Shown here one piece after another: positions 39,263 through 49,224 of a stretch of DNA of 64,000 bases. Each line of letters opens with the position of its first letter. The first letter of the stretch is position 1. Origin of the DNA: Barthelona sp. PCE (lineage: Eukaryota); the NCBI GenBank assembly GCA_040285745.1, contig JAUFOR010000008.1, forward strand, positions 248,001-312,000. Direction: 5' to 3'. The notes beneath the pieces are model-generated. The model searched no databases, was not told where the DNA came from, and worked only from the letters and a program-made list of their open reading frames with translations. The position numbers and the translations under genes were made by a program.

Positions 39263-40795
39263 CTATTCGGCCTTAGCAAAGAAGGCAGGGTAAGAAGCGT
39301 AGAAGGAAGCAGTTAAGACAATCTCGGGGATCATGACGGCCTCACCAATAACGTGAGCAGACTCCTCGAAACCACCACCGAGACCAAGCATAGCACAGTG
39401 AGAGAAGGGACCAACTTCGATCCACTTCTTAGAGTCGGGGATGGTGATCTCATCAGTACGAAGAGGGAAACCAACACCATCAGTTGAGAAAGTCCACTTG
39501 TCAACACGAGGCTCACGGGGAATGTGAATGGGGCTCTTAGACTCATCTTGACAAAGACCTTCGGGGATATAAGGGGTGATGGCGACCTTGTAGGTCTCCA
39601 TAGCGGATGTGATAGCGGGATGATCCTCGGGTGTCTGCCATCCGAGGTAGATCTGATCGTTATCAGCATTGACACCACGCCATGACTTCTCAGTGTAGCG
39701 GGGGACAGAGATGGTGACCTCAAGACCAGCTTCACGGCATGCCTTGATGGTGTCGAGACTCTCAATGGCCTCAATACAGAACTCGGGGGTTTCACCAACG
39801 GTCATACGACGATCAAAGCGGAACTTGAAGCTATCAGGAACAGCGCAGTCAGAAGGAGTGTCGATAACACTCCAGGAAGCGGTACGAGTACCCTTACCGA
39901 GGAACTCGTGATCAAGGATATCAATACCCTTTTCGTGACGATCGGCGGCCTCGGCAATGATCTTAGCACCCCACTCGAGAGGGTTCTTACCACGGTGAGG
40001 CATGGATCCATGACAGGATTGGCCGATGATTTCAACCTCGATTTGCATACGACCTCTCTGGCCACGATAGATACCAAGAGCACCGTGGTCAGCATGGCCG
40101 GTACCTTCAGTGAAGACACAGACGTCAGGAATACGCATTCTGGTATCGGGCTTCTTCATATCCTTACGAAGAATGTACATTGGGCCTCCACCATCGTTAT
40201 CCTCTTCAGCGACTGTTCCAATAGACTGGACAATGACACCACGGAGGGAACCAAGGTGCTTGGTCTCGAGCATGATCTTGGTAGAAACAATCTGACAAAT
40301 TACACCCTGAAGTTGATCGGCAACACCACGGCCAAAAAGAACTTCTTCCTCCCACAACTCGTGAGGGGGGCAGTAACCGAGCTCCTTGATGAACTCCATA
40401 TCGACCTTGCTCTTATCGAGTAAACCGTCAAAGCAATCAATACCACCGTTGGTCTTCTCCAACCAGGATTCGCGAAGGTGGGCGACAGTATCAGTGTGAC
40501 CATCGTACCAGACAACCTTCTTGTTCTCAGTGGTGTCTTCGGTGTCCTCAACCATCCAGATAATGTTACCAAAATCATCAAACCAGACATCCTCGGGCTT
40601 CTCAACAGCACCAATCTCAACGATACGGCGCTTGAGGTACTCTAATCTAGGGCCTTCATGGTTACTCATTCCGCAATTGGGGACGGTGTCCACGTGGTCA
40701 GCAGGAATCCTAACTGCTTCGCGAAGCAACTCCACAAGGAGTGGACGGTACTCGTGTGCCAGTTCTGCACATCTTACAGCTAATTCGTTTGACAT
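39263..40795 (-). CDS. ygeY: M20/ArgE-DapE family hydrolase, YgeY-like
   Basis: DGHTDTV, GRGVADQ, GTVAEED, IYRGQRGRM, SCHGS, EFLGKGT, DRRMT.GET, DKWTFST.GV and AH motifs match the YgeY family as I recall it. Confidence 0.88.
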   Translation of the reverse strand: MSNELAVRCAELAHEYRPLLVELLREAVRIPADHVDTVPNCGMSNHEGPRLEYLKRRIVEIGAVEKPEDVWFDDFGNIIWMVEDTEDTTENKKVVWYDGHTDTVAHLRESWLEKTNGGIDCFDGLLDKSKVDMEFIKELGYCPPHELWEEEVLFGRGVADQLQGVICQIVSTKIMLETKHLGSLRGVIVQSIGTVAEEDNDGGGPMYILRKDMKKPDTRMRIPDVCVFTEGTGHADHGALGIYRGQRGRMQIEVEIIGQSCHGSMPHRGKNPLEWGAKIIAEAADRHEKGIDILDHEFLGKGTRTASWSVIDTPSDCAVPDSFKFRFDRRMTVGETPEFCIEAIESLDTIKACREAGLEVTISVPRYTEKSWRGVNADNDQIYLGWQTPEDHPAITSAMETYKVAITPYIPEGLCQDESKSPIHIPREPRVDKWTFSTDGVGFPLRTDEITIPDSKKWIEVGPFSHCAMLGLGGGFEESAHVIGEAVMIPEIVLTASFYASYPAFFAKAE

Positions 40796-40981
40796 GATAT
40801 TAGTGATTAAAGAAAAAACAAAAAAACAAAAAACAATGCTTCTCTGAAGCTGTTGACTTGCCTCTGAGGTAACCAATTTAACCTTCGACAAGATTAAGGC
40901 AAGCGAAAATACCGTATCAGTGCATTGCAAGGATTTACATTTTTTTTGCTTTCTATAAAAAATTTCCTAATGAGTAAAGAA

Positions 40982-41298
40982 TTGTCAAGCGTCCGGTGAT
41001 GTCCACGATAACAACCTGCTGTTAAAAGCTTGAAGATACCAACTGTGAATTGGCAAAAATGAGCTTTGATGAGTGAGAGTCAGAAGTAGCTCGGGTTGCT
41101 GTGGCGCAACGGACGGAATTCATTGCGCGGAATTTGAGAGTCAAAGGGGATGGATAGTGCAGTTGGGGAAAGCGAAAGTCGCGCCTGAGTAAGAACTTCT
41201 GTTTGTTCAAAGTAGGTATCTTCACACTTTAAACAACAGACTGTTATCGTGATATCACAAGACGTTCAGCCATTGTTTATTCTGAAGTCAATTGACAA
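40982..41298 (+). ncRNA. Unidentified long rod-like structured RNA candidate (may extend to T6 at ~41444)
   Basis: Nested complementary segments, including CACGATAACA 41004-13/TGTTATCGTG 41242-51, TGAAGATACC 41031-40/GGTATCTTCA 41215-24, CAGAAGT/ACTTCTG and GCTCGGG/CCTGAGT. G.U pairs favour the + strand; TATAAAAA at 40954. Confidence 0.6.
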
Positions 41299-41608
41299 GA
41301 CCATGTGAAGAAACCACAATGGTGAGGAGTATGATATGGTATGTATTTCTGGACTATGTCAGGATCTTATTCAGGGTTAATTACAGGGCTATTACGATGT
41401 TGTGTGGTTAGGACATTGATTGAGTGAATGAGCGAATATTTTTTGCAGGCAATATATTCTCAGTGATTTTAACTATTCTGAGTACAATATTTTGGGAATA
41501 GCATCAACAGGTATATGTACCACGCCAAAGTACACCTATTAGTTATACAGAGTATTTAGAAGCTGTAATTACTTAAAGACACTTTTCTTTAAACTTTCCA
41601 TTCTTTTA

Positions 41609-43075
41609 ATGCCTCCAAAGAACTCAAACACCAACGACAAGCCGAAGAAGAAGGCAGTTCCCGGTTTTATTCGAGAAATCCGCGAGAAGAATCCTGGACC
41701 TGTTTTCCCTGAAGCAGAGATGAACGAAGCCAAGGAAAAGATCGAAAAGATCAACGCCGAAGTGCAACAGATCAATGCTCAAATTGATGAAGCAAAGGCA
41801 ACTAGAGGTGGTGCTTTCGATGCTTTTAACGCTGCACGTGAACAATCTAACATTGTCAAGGGCGTCTTTGAGGAGCACCTCGCCGCCTTCAACCAACTCA
41901 AGACCCAAAAGACGGAGAGCCTGGAGAATGTTTCCTTCATGCTCAAGGATTATCGCGGTTTGAACCCTCGTTCGGAAGATATCATCGCCCGTGTCGAGCA
42001 GCTCATTGGTGAGAAGGAGCGCAGCATCCGTGACGATCAAATGTCCTCCGCCCAAAGAGATCGTCTTGCACGTGAGTGTGAGAAGATCCGTCGTCTGGTT
42101 CCTTCGCTTCGTGAACATCTTGTCTTGCTCAAGGAGACCAACAAGGTGTTTGAGGAGATGCAGAAGGCCCGTAAAGCCTTGAATCTTCAGAGAGATGAAG
42201 TTACAAGACTGAAGGAGGAGTTGCCTCAGATCGATGACACTCTTTTCGAAAGGAGAAAGGCGTTAAGGAAGCAGAAGGATGAGCTCTTTGCTGAGAAGAA
42301 GAACCTCTACGAGAGACACAAGGCTACTTTGAAGGAGCACGAGAAGAAAATCCAGAAGCTTATTGATCTCGAGAAGTCACAATGGCACGAACGTGTCATC
42401 AAGAACCTTGAGGCAAGCTTCGAGAAGCGTGAGCAGTTCCGTATGGAGAGATATCTCAAGGCCGAAGATTCCATCAAGGATAAGGAGTACTTCCAGAGCG
42501 AGTTGGACGATCTGGAGAGCATGATCACATACCTTCGTTCATTTACAACAGTTGATGCCTCCCAACCCGTTTCTACCACTGTCAAGAGCGTCGCACCTTC
42601 TGGTCGTACCATAATGACCAAGGGTAACATTCCTCAGAGAAACATTAGGAAGAAGTCAAAGCGTCGCAACAAGCAACGTACTCGCGGTGAGAGACCTGAG
42701 GTAATTCCTGATTTCTTATTCTTGTTCTCCACGTTTAAGATCCAACCCCCTTCTTCATGGGATGATCTTAACCGTTGCATTGATGATGTTCGTGTGAAGA
42801 AGAGCGATTTCAGAAAGAAGATTGACGAGAAGAGAGGCGAGAGCAAGGAATGGCTCAAGACTGTCGAGGCTGAAATTGAAGAGGATCGTAAGCAAGATCG
42901 TGAACAATTGGATGCCAAGATCAAGGATATCCTTGAGAAGAAGACAAAGGCCGCCGAGCAACAACAACAAAAGACTGAGGTTGAGGTTGTTGTTGAGGAG
43001 ACACCTAAGGAAGAAGAGGTTGAGCAAGAGATTGAGGTCGAGGCTGCTGAAGTCGTTGAGACTGTTGAGGAGTAA
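41609..43075 (+). CDS. Coiled-coil protein, possibly Bfr1/proton-pump-interactor-like
   Basis: Long K/E-rich coiled coil. YFQSEL..MITYL and F..FKIQPPSSWDDL...KKSDF segments resemble the Bfr1/PPI C-terminus. Confidence 0.6.
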   Translation: MPPKNSNTNDKPKKKAVPGFIREIREKNPGPVFPEAEMNEAKEKIEKINAEVQQINAQIDEAKATRGGAFDAFNAAREQSNIVKGVFEEHLAAFNQLKTQKTESLENVSFMLKDYRGLNPRSEDIIARVEQLIGEKERSIRDDQMSSAQRDRLARECEKIRRLVPSLREHLVLLKETNKVFEEMQKARKALNLQRDEVTRLKEELPQIDDTLFERRKALRKQKDELFAEKKNLYERHKATLKEHEKKIQKLIDLEKSQWHERVIKNLEASFEKREQFRMERYLKAEDSIKDKEYFQSELDDLESMITYLRSFTTVDASQPVSTTVKSVAPSGRTIMTKGNIPQRNIRKKSKRRNKQRTRGERPEVIPDFLFLFSTFKIQPPSSWDDLNRCIDDVRVKKSDFRKKIDEKRGESKEWLKTVEAEIEEDRKQDREQLDAKIKDILEKKTKAAEQQQQKTEVEVVVEETPKEEEVEQEIEVEAAEVVETVEE

Positions 43076-43139
43076 CATCTCTAGCTTTTACATAGCAATA
43101 AACATTTTGTTTTTATACCCTTTACATGTCTTTTTAAAG

Positions 43140-43961
43140 ATGAATTTAACAAACGAAGAGATTGAGCGGTACGACAGACAGCTCAAAATGTGGGGAGTAG
43201 ATGGACAAAGTAGTATACAGAAATCAGTTATTTATGTGGTTGGAGCAAAGAATATTGGAGCAGAAGTATGCAAAAATGCGCTCTTATCGGGCTCCACAGT
43301 GTTTTTATCAGATGATACTATGGCAGTAGAGGGAAAATTGCATTGGTTTTACAGATACGAGCAGGGAAACACAATAGCACAATGTTCCTATGAAGGTCTC
43401 AATGTACTGAACGAGTTTGCAACCTTGGAGATAGTCACACCCGGATCCTTTAATTTTAACCGGGTTTCGTTTTGTGTTTACACAGAATCTGATGTACAGA
43501 CAGCTTTGAGCTTAAGCAAAGCATGTAGAGAGACAGGGGCACATTTTATCTGGTGTTTCTGTAATGAAAATGAAGGTTTAGTATTCTTAGATGCACATAT
43601 TCATGAATATTCCACCAAACAAATTGAAAGTCGTGGTAGCAGAAGGATGAAGTACGTGCCATTGGACACAACGGTGGTTGATCGCATTCAAGAATTATTA
43701 TCAAATGATATTGAAATTTTTTCTCAACTGAATACTTCACAAATGTGCTTTTTAACAGGTACAATGATCGGTGCATATGCTTCTCAGGAGATTTTAAAAA
43801 CATTGACACACATTGAACAACCTATATATAATACTTTTCATCTGGACAATGAAAACAGGCCTGTAGGCAGGGTTCAGTTTATCGGTGAGGAGTTTTCGCA
43901 TGAGTACGTTAATGCAGAGGAGGAAGAAGAAGTACCCAGGACAATGCATGTATCATTGTAA
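43140..43961 (+). CDS. SAE1: ThiF-family E1 subunit, SUMO-activating enzyme subunit 1 (Aos1)-like
   Basis: LTNEEIERYDRQLKMWG, GAEVCKN and GAYASQEILK motifs; 273 aa from the ATG at 43140. Confidence 0.78.
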   Translation: MNLTNEEIERYDRQLKMWGVDGQSSIQKSVIYVVGAKNIGAEVCKNALLSGSTVFLSDDTMAVEGKLHWFYRYEQGNTIAQCSYEGLNVLNEFATLEIVTPGSFNFNRVSFCVYTESDVQTALSLSKACRETGAHFIWCFCNENEGLVFLDAHIHEYSTKQIESRGSRRMKYVPLDTTVVDRIQELLSNDIEIFSQLNTSQMCFLTGTMIGAYASQEILKTLTHIEQPIYNTFHLDNENRPVGRVQFIGEEFSHEYVNAEEEEEVPRTMHVSL

Positions 43962-43999
43962 CCCATGAAACGAGTTGTAAATAAACATATGGATGAATT

Positions 44000-44299
44000 T
44001 TAACATAGTAAACCGACAAGCTGTGATGAATGCTTAATGAGGATGAATTGCTCAGATGCAAGGGTAATTGCACTCAATAATGAGCTGAATTGAGATTTAA
44101 CAACACGGAAAAATGCTGTTTGCTCATTCTCATTCATTTTAATAAGAGTAAGATCGCTTAGCGGGACTAAAAAACCCGCAAACTGTTTCCATGCTGTGGT
44201 GATAAGACTGATTAGTTCATCCTCACCGATATTTCTGAAAAACTCAATCGAAAAATACATGTATGGTGATTCTGCCCGTTCCATATGCTCTATCTCCAT
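44000..44299 (-). CDS. RPP14: RNase P/MRP small subunit, Rpp14/Pop8-like
   Basis: Pattern YMYFSIEF...AWKQFAG...TAFFRV...LLSAITL...SSQLVGL parallels Rpp14; 99 aa. Confidence 0.55.
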   Translation of the reverse strand: MEIEHMERAESPYMYFSIEFFRNIGEDELISLITTAWKQFAGFLVPLSDLTLIKMNENEQTAFFRVVKSQFSSLLSAITLASEQFILIKHSSQLVGLLC

Positions 44300-44367
44300 T
44301 TTTATGCAATACAGTTAGCAAAACTGTTGAGAAAAGATTAAAATGATGTAACAAAAAATTTTGATGT

Positions 44368-45306
44368 TTACTTTGTACTGGATGGGCGTTTGATCCTGCT
44401 TCGTGATCGTTTCAGACGCTTCCCACTTCGTGAAGATCGCCCACCACTGTGCGGTCTCTTTCCAGTTTTTGCCGGTTTGAGGGATTCAATCTCGCTGGGC
44501 AACATAGAAGAAACAGGACGCTTCTTCCGCTTGACCTCCACATTCGAAGCTAACATATTACGTAGTTTAGAAGCGCTAACATAACGAATTGTCGTTTGTA
44601 AAACAGGATGATTGTTACAATATTCTTCATACATACCTAGATCAATCAAACGCATCAAAACATCCATCATCGATACTTTTTCTTTCGATTCAGGTACTAA
44701 TCTGGAGTAATTGGAAAAATCACTGAACTTTGTTAATGATCCAAATTGTCTTATATGATCCAGTACAATTGCTTTATCCAGCGGCTGTGTGTATGTGTTC
44801 TGTGGGAAATTGTCATAATATAATCTGTATAGATGTGCAAAAAAGGAATGAAATAAAAACAATGGTCCTGTTATTATACAAAATTGGGATTTGTCTTCTA
44901 TTCCGCTTAACCATAGCAATTCAATGAGGTATTTCGGTACTTCGGTGACAAATGTACTTATTAATATCTCTAAATCATTGAAAGAATGCAATACATCTAT
45001 TGAGATTGCTTCATTAATACTACGATTTATCATATCAACAAAGCATATCACTGCTATCTCTATATTGGATACAAATGTCGTCCACTGGCGACCTAAAACA
45101 AATGTTCCCATGGTAACTGAGTTAAAATATTGTACAATTTCCGCAAAAAGGTCTTCATCAATAAAACTGGATGAAGAACAGAGCATGTCTCTCAGTAATT
45201 TCGGGAATCCAAAGAGTTTAAGGTAACGTTCGTTCGACAAATTCTGAACCTTCTTTTTCAGGCGAGATCGAATCAAAGGAAGGCATTTAGGATTGATCTC
45301 TCTCAT
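44368..45306 (-). CDS. Hypothetical protein with a basic, NLS-like C-terminus
   Basis: 312-aa ORF from the first ATG; KRKKR and R/S-rich tail. Confidence 0.7.
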   Translation of the reverse strand: MREINPKCLPLIRSRLKKKVQNLSNERYLKLFGFPKLLRDMLCSSSSFIDEDLFAEIVQYFNSVTMGTFVLGRQWTTFVSNIEIAVICFVDMINRSINEAISIDVLHSFNDLEILISTFVTEVPKYLIELLWLSGIEDKSQFCIITGPLFLFHSFFAHLYRLYYDNFPQNTYTQPLDKAIVLDHIRQFGSLTKFSDFSNYSRLVPESKEKVSMMDVLMRLIDLGMYEEYCNNHPVLQTTIRYVSASKLRNMLASNVEVKRKKRPVSSMLPSEIESLKPAKTGKRPHSGGRSSRSGKRLKRSRSRIKRPSSTK

Positions 45307-45560
45307 AAAACTTGCTGTGTGTGTGCTGAAATAAAAAAAAGCGAGAAACCCCAAAGAAATAGAGTAGAGAAAGATGAAACGTTTGGAGTTCTATCGTTTA
45401 GAATTTTTAGCAAACTTAAATAAGATATAGACGACTAATTAAAACTATGATCCAGATAAATATCGATAAAATACAAATTCACAACATTATTTCTGCAATT
45501 TCGCTAATTTCTTCTTTTTCACTAATTCTTTAACAGGAATTGGGCTCTTTATGGCAGAAA

Positions 45561-47414
45561 ATGCCACGCGCAATACCCAAAATAACATCAAACTTAACTT
45601 TTACTCCTTTTTTGGACAAATTTGCTGTTTCTAGCACCAAATATGATTGTTTTAACACCAGACAGCTGTGCATCATGGATAAGCATGAAAAAATTGTTGT
45701 ACTAGGACCAGATGTTTCGTTTCAGGGCAAAACTAAGTACGATATGTTAAAGCCCACACTTCTAGAACCGTCCATCTTTTATCGTACGATACAAATGGGC
45801 ATAGGAAGCAGCTTAACGACGATAGAGATGTTTGAATTTAATGATGGAGAGTTTAAGAAATTGGAAGTATATGAATTACCATTTTCCTTCAGAGGTTGTG
45901 TATTAAACAAAAGATTCGCGGTCAATGCGACACAGGAGAGAAGCAGTACACTTGAAATAATTGATTTTGATGAAAGATGTCATGTCATAGATCGTTTCGA
46001 AACTTTTTATCCAGTTTTTGATTTTCTAGTGCAAGATGGTTCAGTTTATGTCATTTATACATCCAATTATGATATTATCGCAAAAGTAACATTCACACAT
46101 GAGGGAATTCCTATGTTCATTAATGAATTCCCGCTTAAACACATTAATGTTTTCTTTTTAGACAGAACCCCAGAAAATAATCGTTTTATTACCGCATGTA
46201 GAGGAGAAATATGCCTATGTTCAGTAGATGAAGATGGAGCAGTATGCTATTCATCAGACCCACGTGAGTACCATATTTCTTGGGGTAGTAGAATTGAATT
46301 TGCCCAGGTTATGGGAGTTATAGTGCCTGATCCCAGTGCTTATGAGCACTTTCCCGATGTTTATAGCGAGGTGTGGGACTTTATTTCACTCAACGGAGAA
46401 AACTATTGTTCTGAGTATAATGAGGATAGTGGAAGTACCATTTTTTACCAGCTCAGCAAACGTATGATAAGTTGTTTATTTGTTTTATCATCATCATTTC
46501 GGAATTTCACCGATGAAGAACGGTCTTATGCGAAGTTTCCTGTTATTCTTGACGTATTGGGTAATTCAGCCACTTTATTAAACCCATCACCTGATTTATT
46601 TGGTAATGATAATGTACTAGTGAGTGTTCGTAGGTTTTATGATCTTGGTAGTCATGAATGGCGTCTGGGTTTCGTTTCTAATTCCAAAGGTGTGTTTTAT
46701 ATGTATGTAGGATGTGACCAAATTAACAGTTTTTATAACTCACAAAACAATTCAGAACCGCTTGATGTTTTCTTCTACAATAACCATTATATAAGTTATT
46801 TCAGAGATCGAGACGGAGGTGCTGTTTATTTAAATAACAAAAAAATTGGTGAGCATGCAAGGTTTCCAAAACTCGTTGGTAATACTGTATGGTACATCAG
46901 CAGTGAGTCAACGCTAACCATGCATGTCCTAGATCAGGAAACAAGTGAGATTGTTATAACTAATGAGTTTGAATTCGATGAGATAATTCATGAACTAATT
47001 GAGAATCCATATTGTGAAAATCAGTGCTACATTCGTTCCTTTGATGAATGTTTTATTGTGAATTACACAGAGGAGAACGATACATTTAAGGTATTAATGA
47101 TTGATAATGATAAAGATTATGTTCCTTGTTTTATAGATTCAGGTGTAATTGTTTGCAGTGATAGAGTAATTTATTTTTCTCAAGGAATTTATGCACTCAG
47201 AGAAATCCCTGTCAACGACGGCGGATTGCATTCGCCCCGCCCCGGTATAGCGGTTAGTTATAAATGCGAGGATGATTATAAAGTGAAATGCTCGTACTAT
47301 GAGTTGATTGGAGAAACTCACAGTTTCTCTGTAACCATTCAGGATATAGACATCATCAAGTTTCTTTCTCAGTGCAATATCACCCAAACATTTACTTCTT
47401 TCGGGAAGTTCTGA
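45561..47414 (+). CDS. Hypothetical 617-aa beta-rich protein; paralog of 3460..5370
   Basis: Long ORF starting MPRAI; collinear shared motifs with the paralog. Confidence 0.85.
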   Translation: MPRAIPKITSNLTFTPFLDKFAVSSTKYDCFNTRQLCIMDKHEKIVVLGPDVSFQGKTKYDMLKPTLLEPSIFYRTIQMGIGSSLTTIEMFEFNDGEFKKLEVYELPFSFRGCVLNKRFAVNATQERSSTLEIIDFDERCHVIDRFETFYPVFDFLVQDGSVYVIYTSNYDIIAKVTFTHEGIPMFINEFPLKHINVFFLDRTPENNRFITACRGEICLCSVDEDGAVCYSSDPREYHISWGSRIEFAQVMGVIVPDPSAYEHFPDVYSEVWDFISLNGENYCSEYNEDSGSTIFYQLSKRMISCLFVLSSSFRNFTDEERSYAKFPVILDVLGNSATLLNPSPDLFGNDNVLVSVRRFYDLGSHEWRLGFVSNSKGVFYMYVGCDQINSFYNSQNNSEPLDVFFYNNHYISYFRDRDGGAVYLNNKKIGEHARFPKLVGNTVWYISSESTLTMHVLDQETSEIVITNEFEFDEIIHELIENPYCENQCYIRSFDECFIVNYTEENDTFKVLMIDNDKDYVPCFIDSGVIVCSDRVIYFSQGIYALREIPVNDGGLHSPRPGIAVSYKCEDDYKVKCSYYELIGETHSFSVTIQDIDIIKFLSQCNITQTFTSFGKF

Positions 47415-47441
47415 GGAGAAATAATTTTGATTTACAAAAAA

Positions 47442-48302
47442 CTATACTAAAGTAATTGCAATTGCTTTAGTAACAAAGTAAGAGTTTGGGAACGTTACAA
47501 CAATGTTTATCTTGTATGAAATCTCAAATTCAGGAGTATCAATTGTTGGGCAAGTAAATCGTTGAGGGAAAGGTAAATACAAAGGAACTTTTAAGTTATG
47601 TTCTATATTTCCTGTTGCTACTTCAATGTTCTCAATCTCTGAACTTTCACGATCATCATTACCAACCCTTTCAATTCTGCTTAATTGAATCATAATACCT
47701 TCGACAGGAATATCACATTCAGTAATCTGGATCCAACCTGATAGGTTCTCATTGAGACTCCATATCGTTGAATCTAGCAGACCTACGATGTTTAAACTAT
47801 CAAACAAATCATTAACTTCGCAATTTTCTCTGGTAATACTAAATTTATGTGGGGTTTTAATGATTTCAGTAGAAGCAGGAGGTGCTGTGCGTATAATGAA
47901 GTCGATCTTATCAACCAAATCTCTTACAAAAAGACTTCCTTGTACTGTGACACTTAATGAATATTTCACCTCTATGAAATAACCCTCATATGAATCAATA
48001 AATGGCATAAGAGAATCCTCCAGGGGTACTTCGAATCTGTACTTTGTTTCACCTTCTGTCAAACGATCAGGAGGACATAAGGTAATTTCTTTGTTAAAAA
48101 CGGTACCCGGTGAGCTTCCAGGGTATAATTGGTTGTTTACGTTTACCTGATCGGTGTTTGTGAGCTGAATATGTCCAAATATGGTCAATAAAACACCATT
48201 ATGTTTTCTATTTGTTGTGGAGTTGATCAATACATCACCGCTAATAATGTCATGAGGATAAAACGTCCTGTTGGCCCGGTCTAGACAAATTTTGACACTC
48301 AT
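47442..48302 (-). CDS. VPS26C: VPS26C (DSCR3), retriever complex subunit
   Basis: RANRTFY, KHNG, YEGYFIEVKY, IQLSRIE and EIENIEVATGN..PLYLPFPQRFTCPT motifs. Confidence 0.88.
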   Translation of the reverse strand: MSVKICLDRANRTFYPHDIISGDVLINSTTNRKHNGVLLTIFGHIQLTNTDQVNVNNQLYPGSSPGTVFNKEITLCPPDRLTEGETKYRFEVPLEDSLMPFIDSYEGYFIEVKYSLSVTVQGSLFVRDLVDKIDFIIRTAPPASTEIIKTPHKFSITRENCEVNDLFDSLNIVGLLDSTIWSLNENLSGWIQITECDIPVEGIMIQLSRIERVGNDDRESSEIENIEVATGNIEHNLKVPLYLPFPQRFTCPTIDTPEFEISYKINIVVTFPNSYFVTKAIAITLV

Positions 48303-48828
48303 TACGTCCAAACTGATGAGAAAAGGGGATGAAAATGTGTTACACTTATTGATGATTTTACTGTTGCAGGTACCACAATTAGACCATTTTACACCTTAAA
48401 ACGTGGCAAGATACTGTGAATGTATCACAACAGTGTGCATTATGATGAATGTCAACGTATTTACGAGAATAGTTGTACTGTGGTCTCATTAGGGGGTCAT
48501 AATGGTTTTTATCCCCTATTTTCGATTCAAAATTACGTATTTTTGCCAAATTTGCAGAAGAGAAAATATCTTCGTGTAAAGGTAGAGTTTTAATTTTAAA
48601 ACTGTAAATGTGAATAAATCTTAGCATACATAGGGTTCAACCTAAAAAAGAAAGGAAATTGACCGAGATGAATGGGCTTTTATACAATACTGCATTCCAT
48701 CCATTTATTGCATTATAAGCTTAATAAATAGTGTTGAACACCTGTCAAAACATGAATTTATTCAATAATGTTCGCAAGTTTTTACTCTGTGCGTTTTTAC
48801 CCAAGTAAAAATCACCATATTGGCATTC

Positions 48829-49224
48829 TTAGAGACGACGACCACGACGACCAGCCTTACGTCTGGTACTGTCGTGAGGAATGGGAGTGACATCCTCGAT
48901 TCTACCGATCTTAATGTTGGCACGAGCAAGAGCACGGATAGCAACCTGAGCAGCGGGTCCAGCGTTACGGGACTTGGTTCCACCAGCACCACGGACACGG
49001 ATGTGAAGAGCACCGACGCCACGCTCCTTAAGGATGGCAGCAACATCGAGAACAGCCTGATAAGCAGCGTAGGGAGACTTCTCTTCGCGATCAGCCTTTA
49101 CCTTCATACCACCAGTAACGCAAGCGATAGTTTCAAGGCCCGCCATATCGGTAACGTGAATAAAGGTGTTGTGCTTAGAAGCTTTAATGTAACAGACACC
49201 AAAACGAATTTTTTCTGTGTTCAT
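48829..49224 (-). CDS. RPS14: 40S ribosomal protein S14 (uS11)
   Basis: [15 protein letters not shown] and [26 protein letters not shown] motifs. Confidence 0.98.
   Translation of the reverse strand: MNTEKIRFGVCYIKASKHNTFIHVTDMAGLETIACVTGGMKVKADREEKSPYAAYQAVLDVAAILKERGVGALHIRVRGAGGTKSRNAGPAAQVAIRALARANIKIGRIEDVTPIPHDSTRRKAGRRGRRL

Noticed and set aside
39331-40847. Many long antisense or alternate-frame ORFs over the YgeY-like, AsnRS, M18, P4-ATPase, RPS14 and XRN1 genes
   Set aside because: These are expected shadows of codon bias in real genes and carry no independent motifs.
41060-41185. Hammerhead ribozyme (TGATGAG...CGAAA) or C/D snoRNA (TGATGA...CTGA) inside the rod
   Set aside because: The core reads TTGATGA rather than CTGANGA, stems II and III cannot be built, and both boxes fall within or beside the long helix.
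41372-41412. Telomere-like AGGGTTA and GGTTAGG words
   Set aside because: Isolated 7-mers, not tandem, and no 1.5-repeat template on the structured strand.
42822-43139. Overlapping 379-aa ORF or frameshift fusion of the coiled-coil gene to SAE1
   Set aside because: Homology begins at ATG 43140, AATAAA at 43097 separates the two genes, and the upstream part is an alternate frame of a purine-rich tail.
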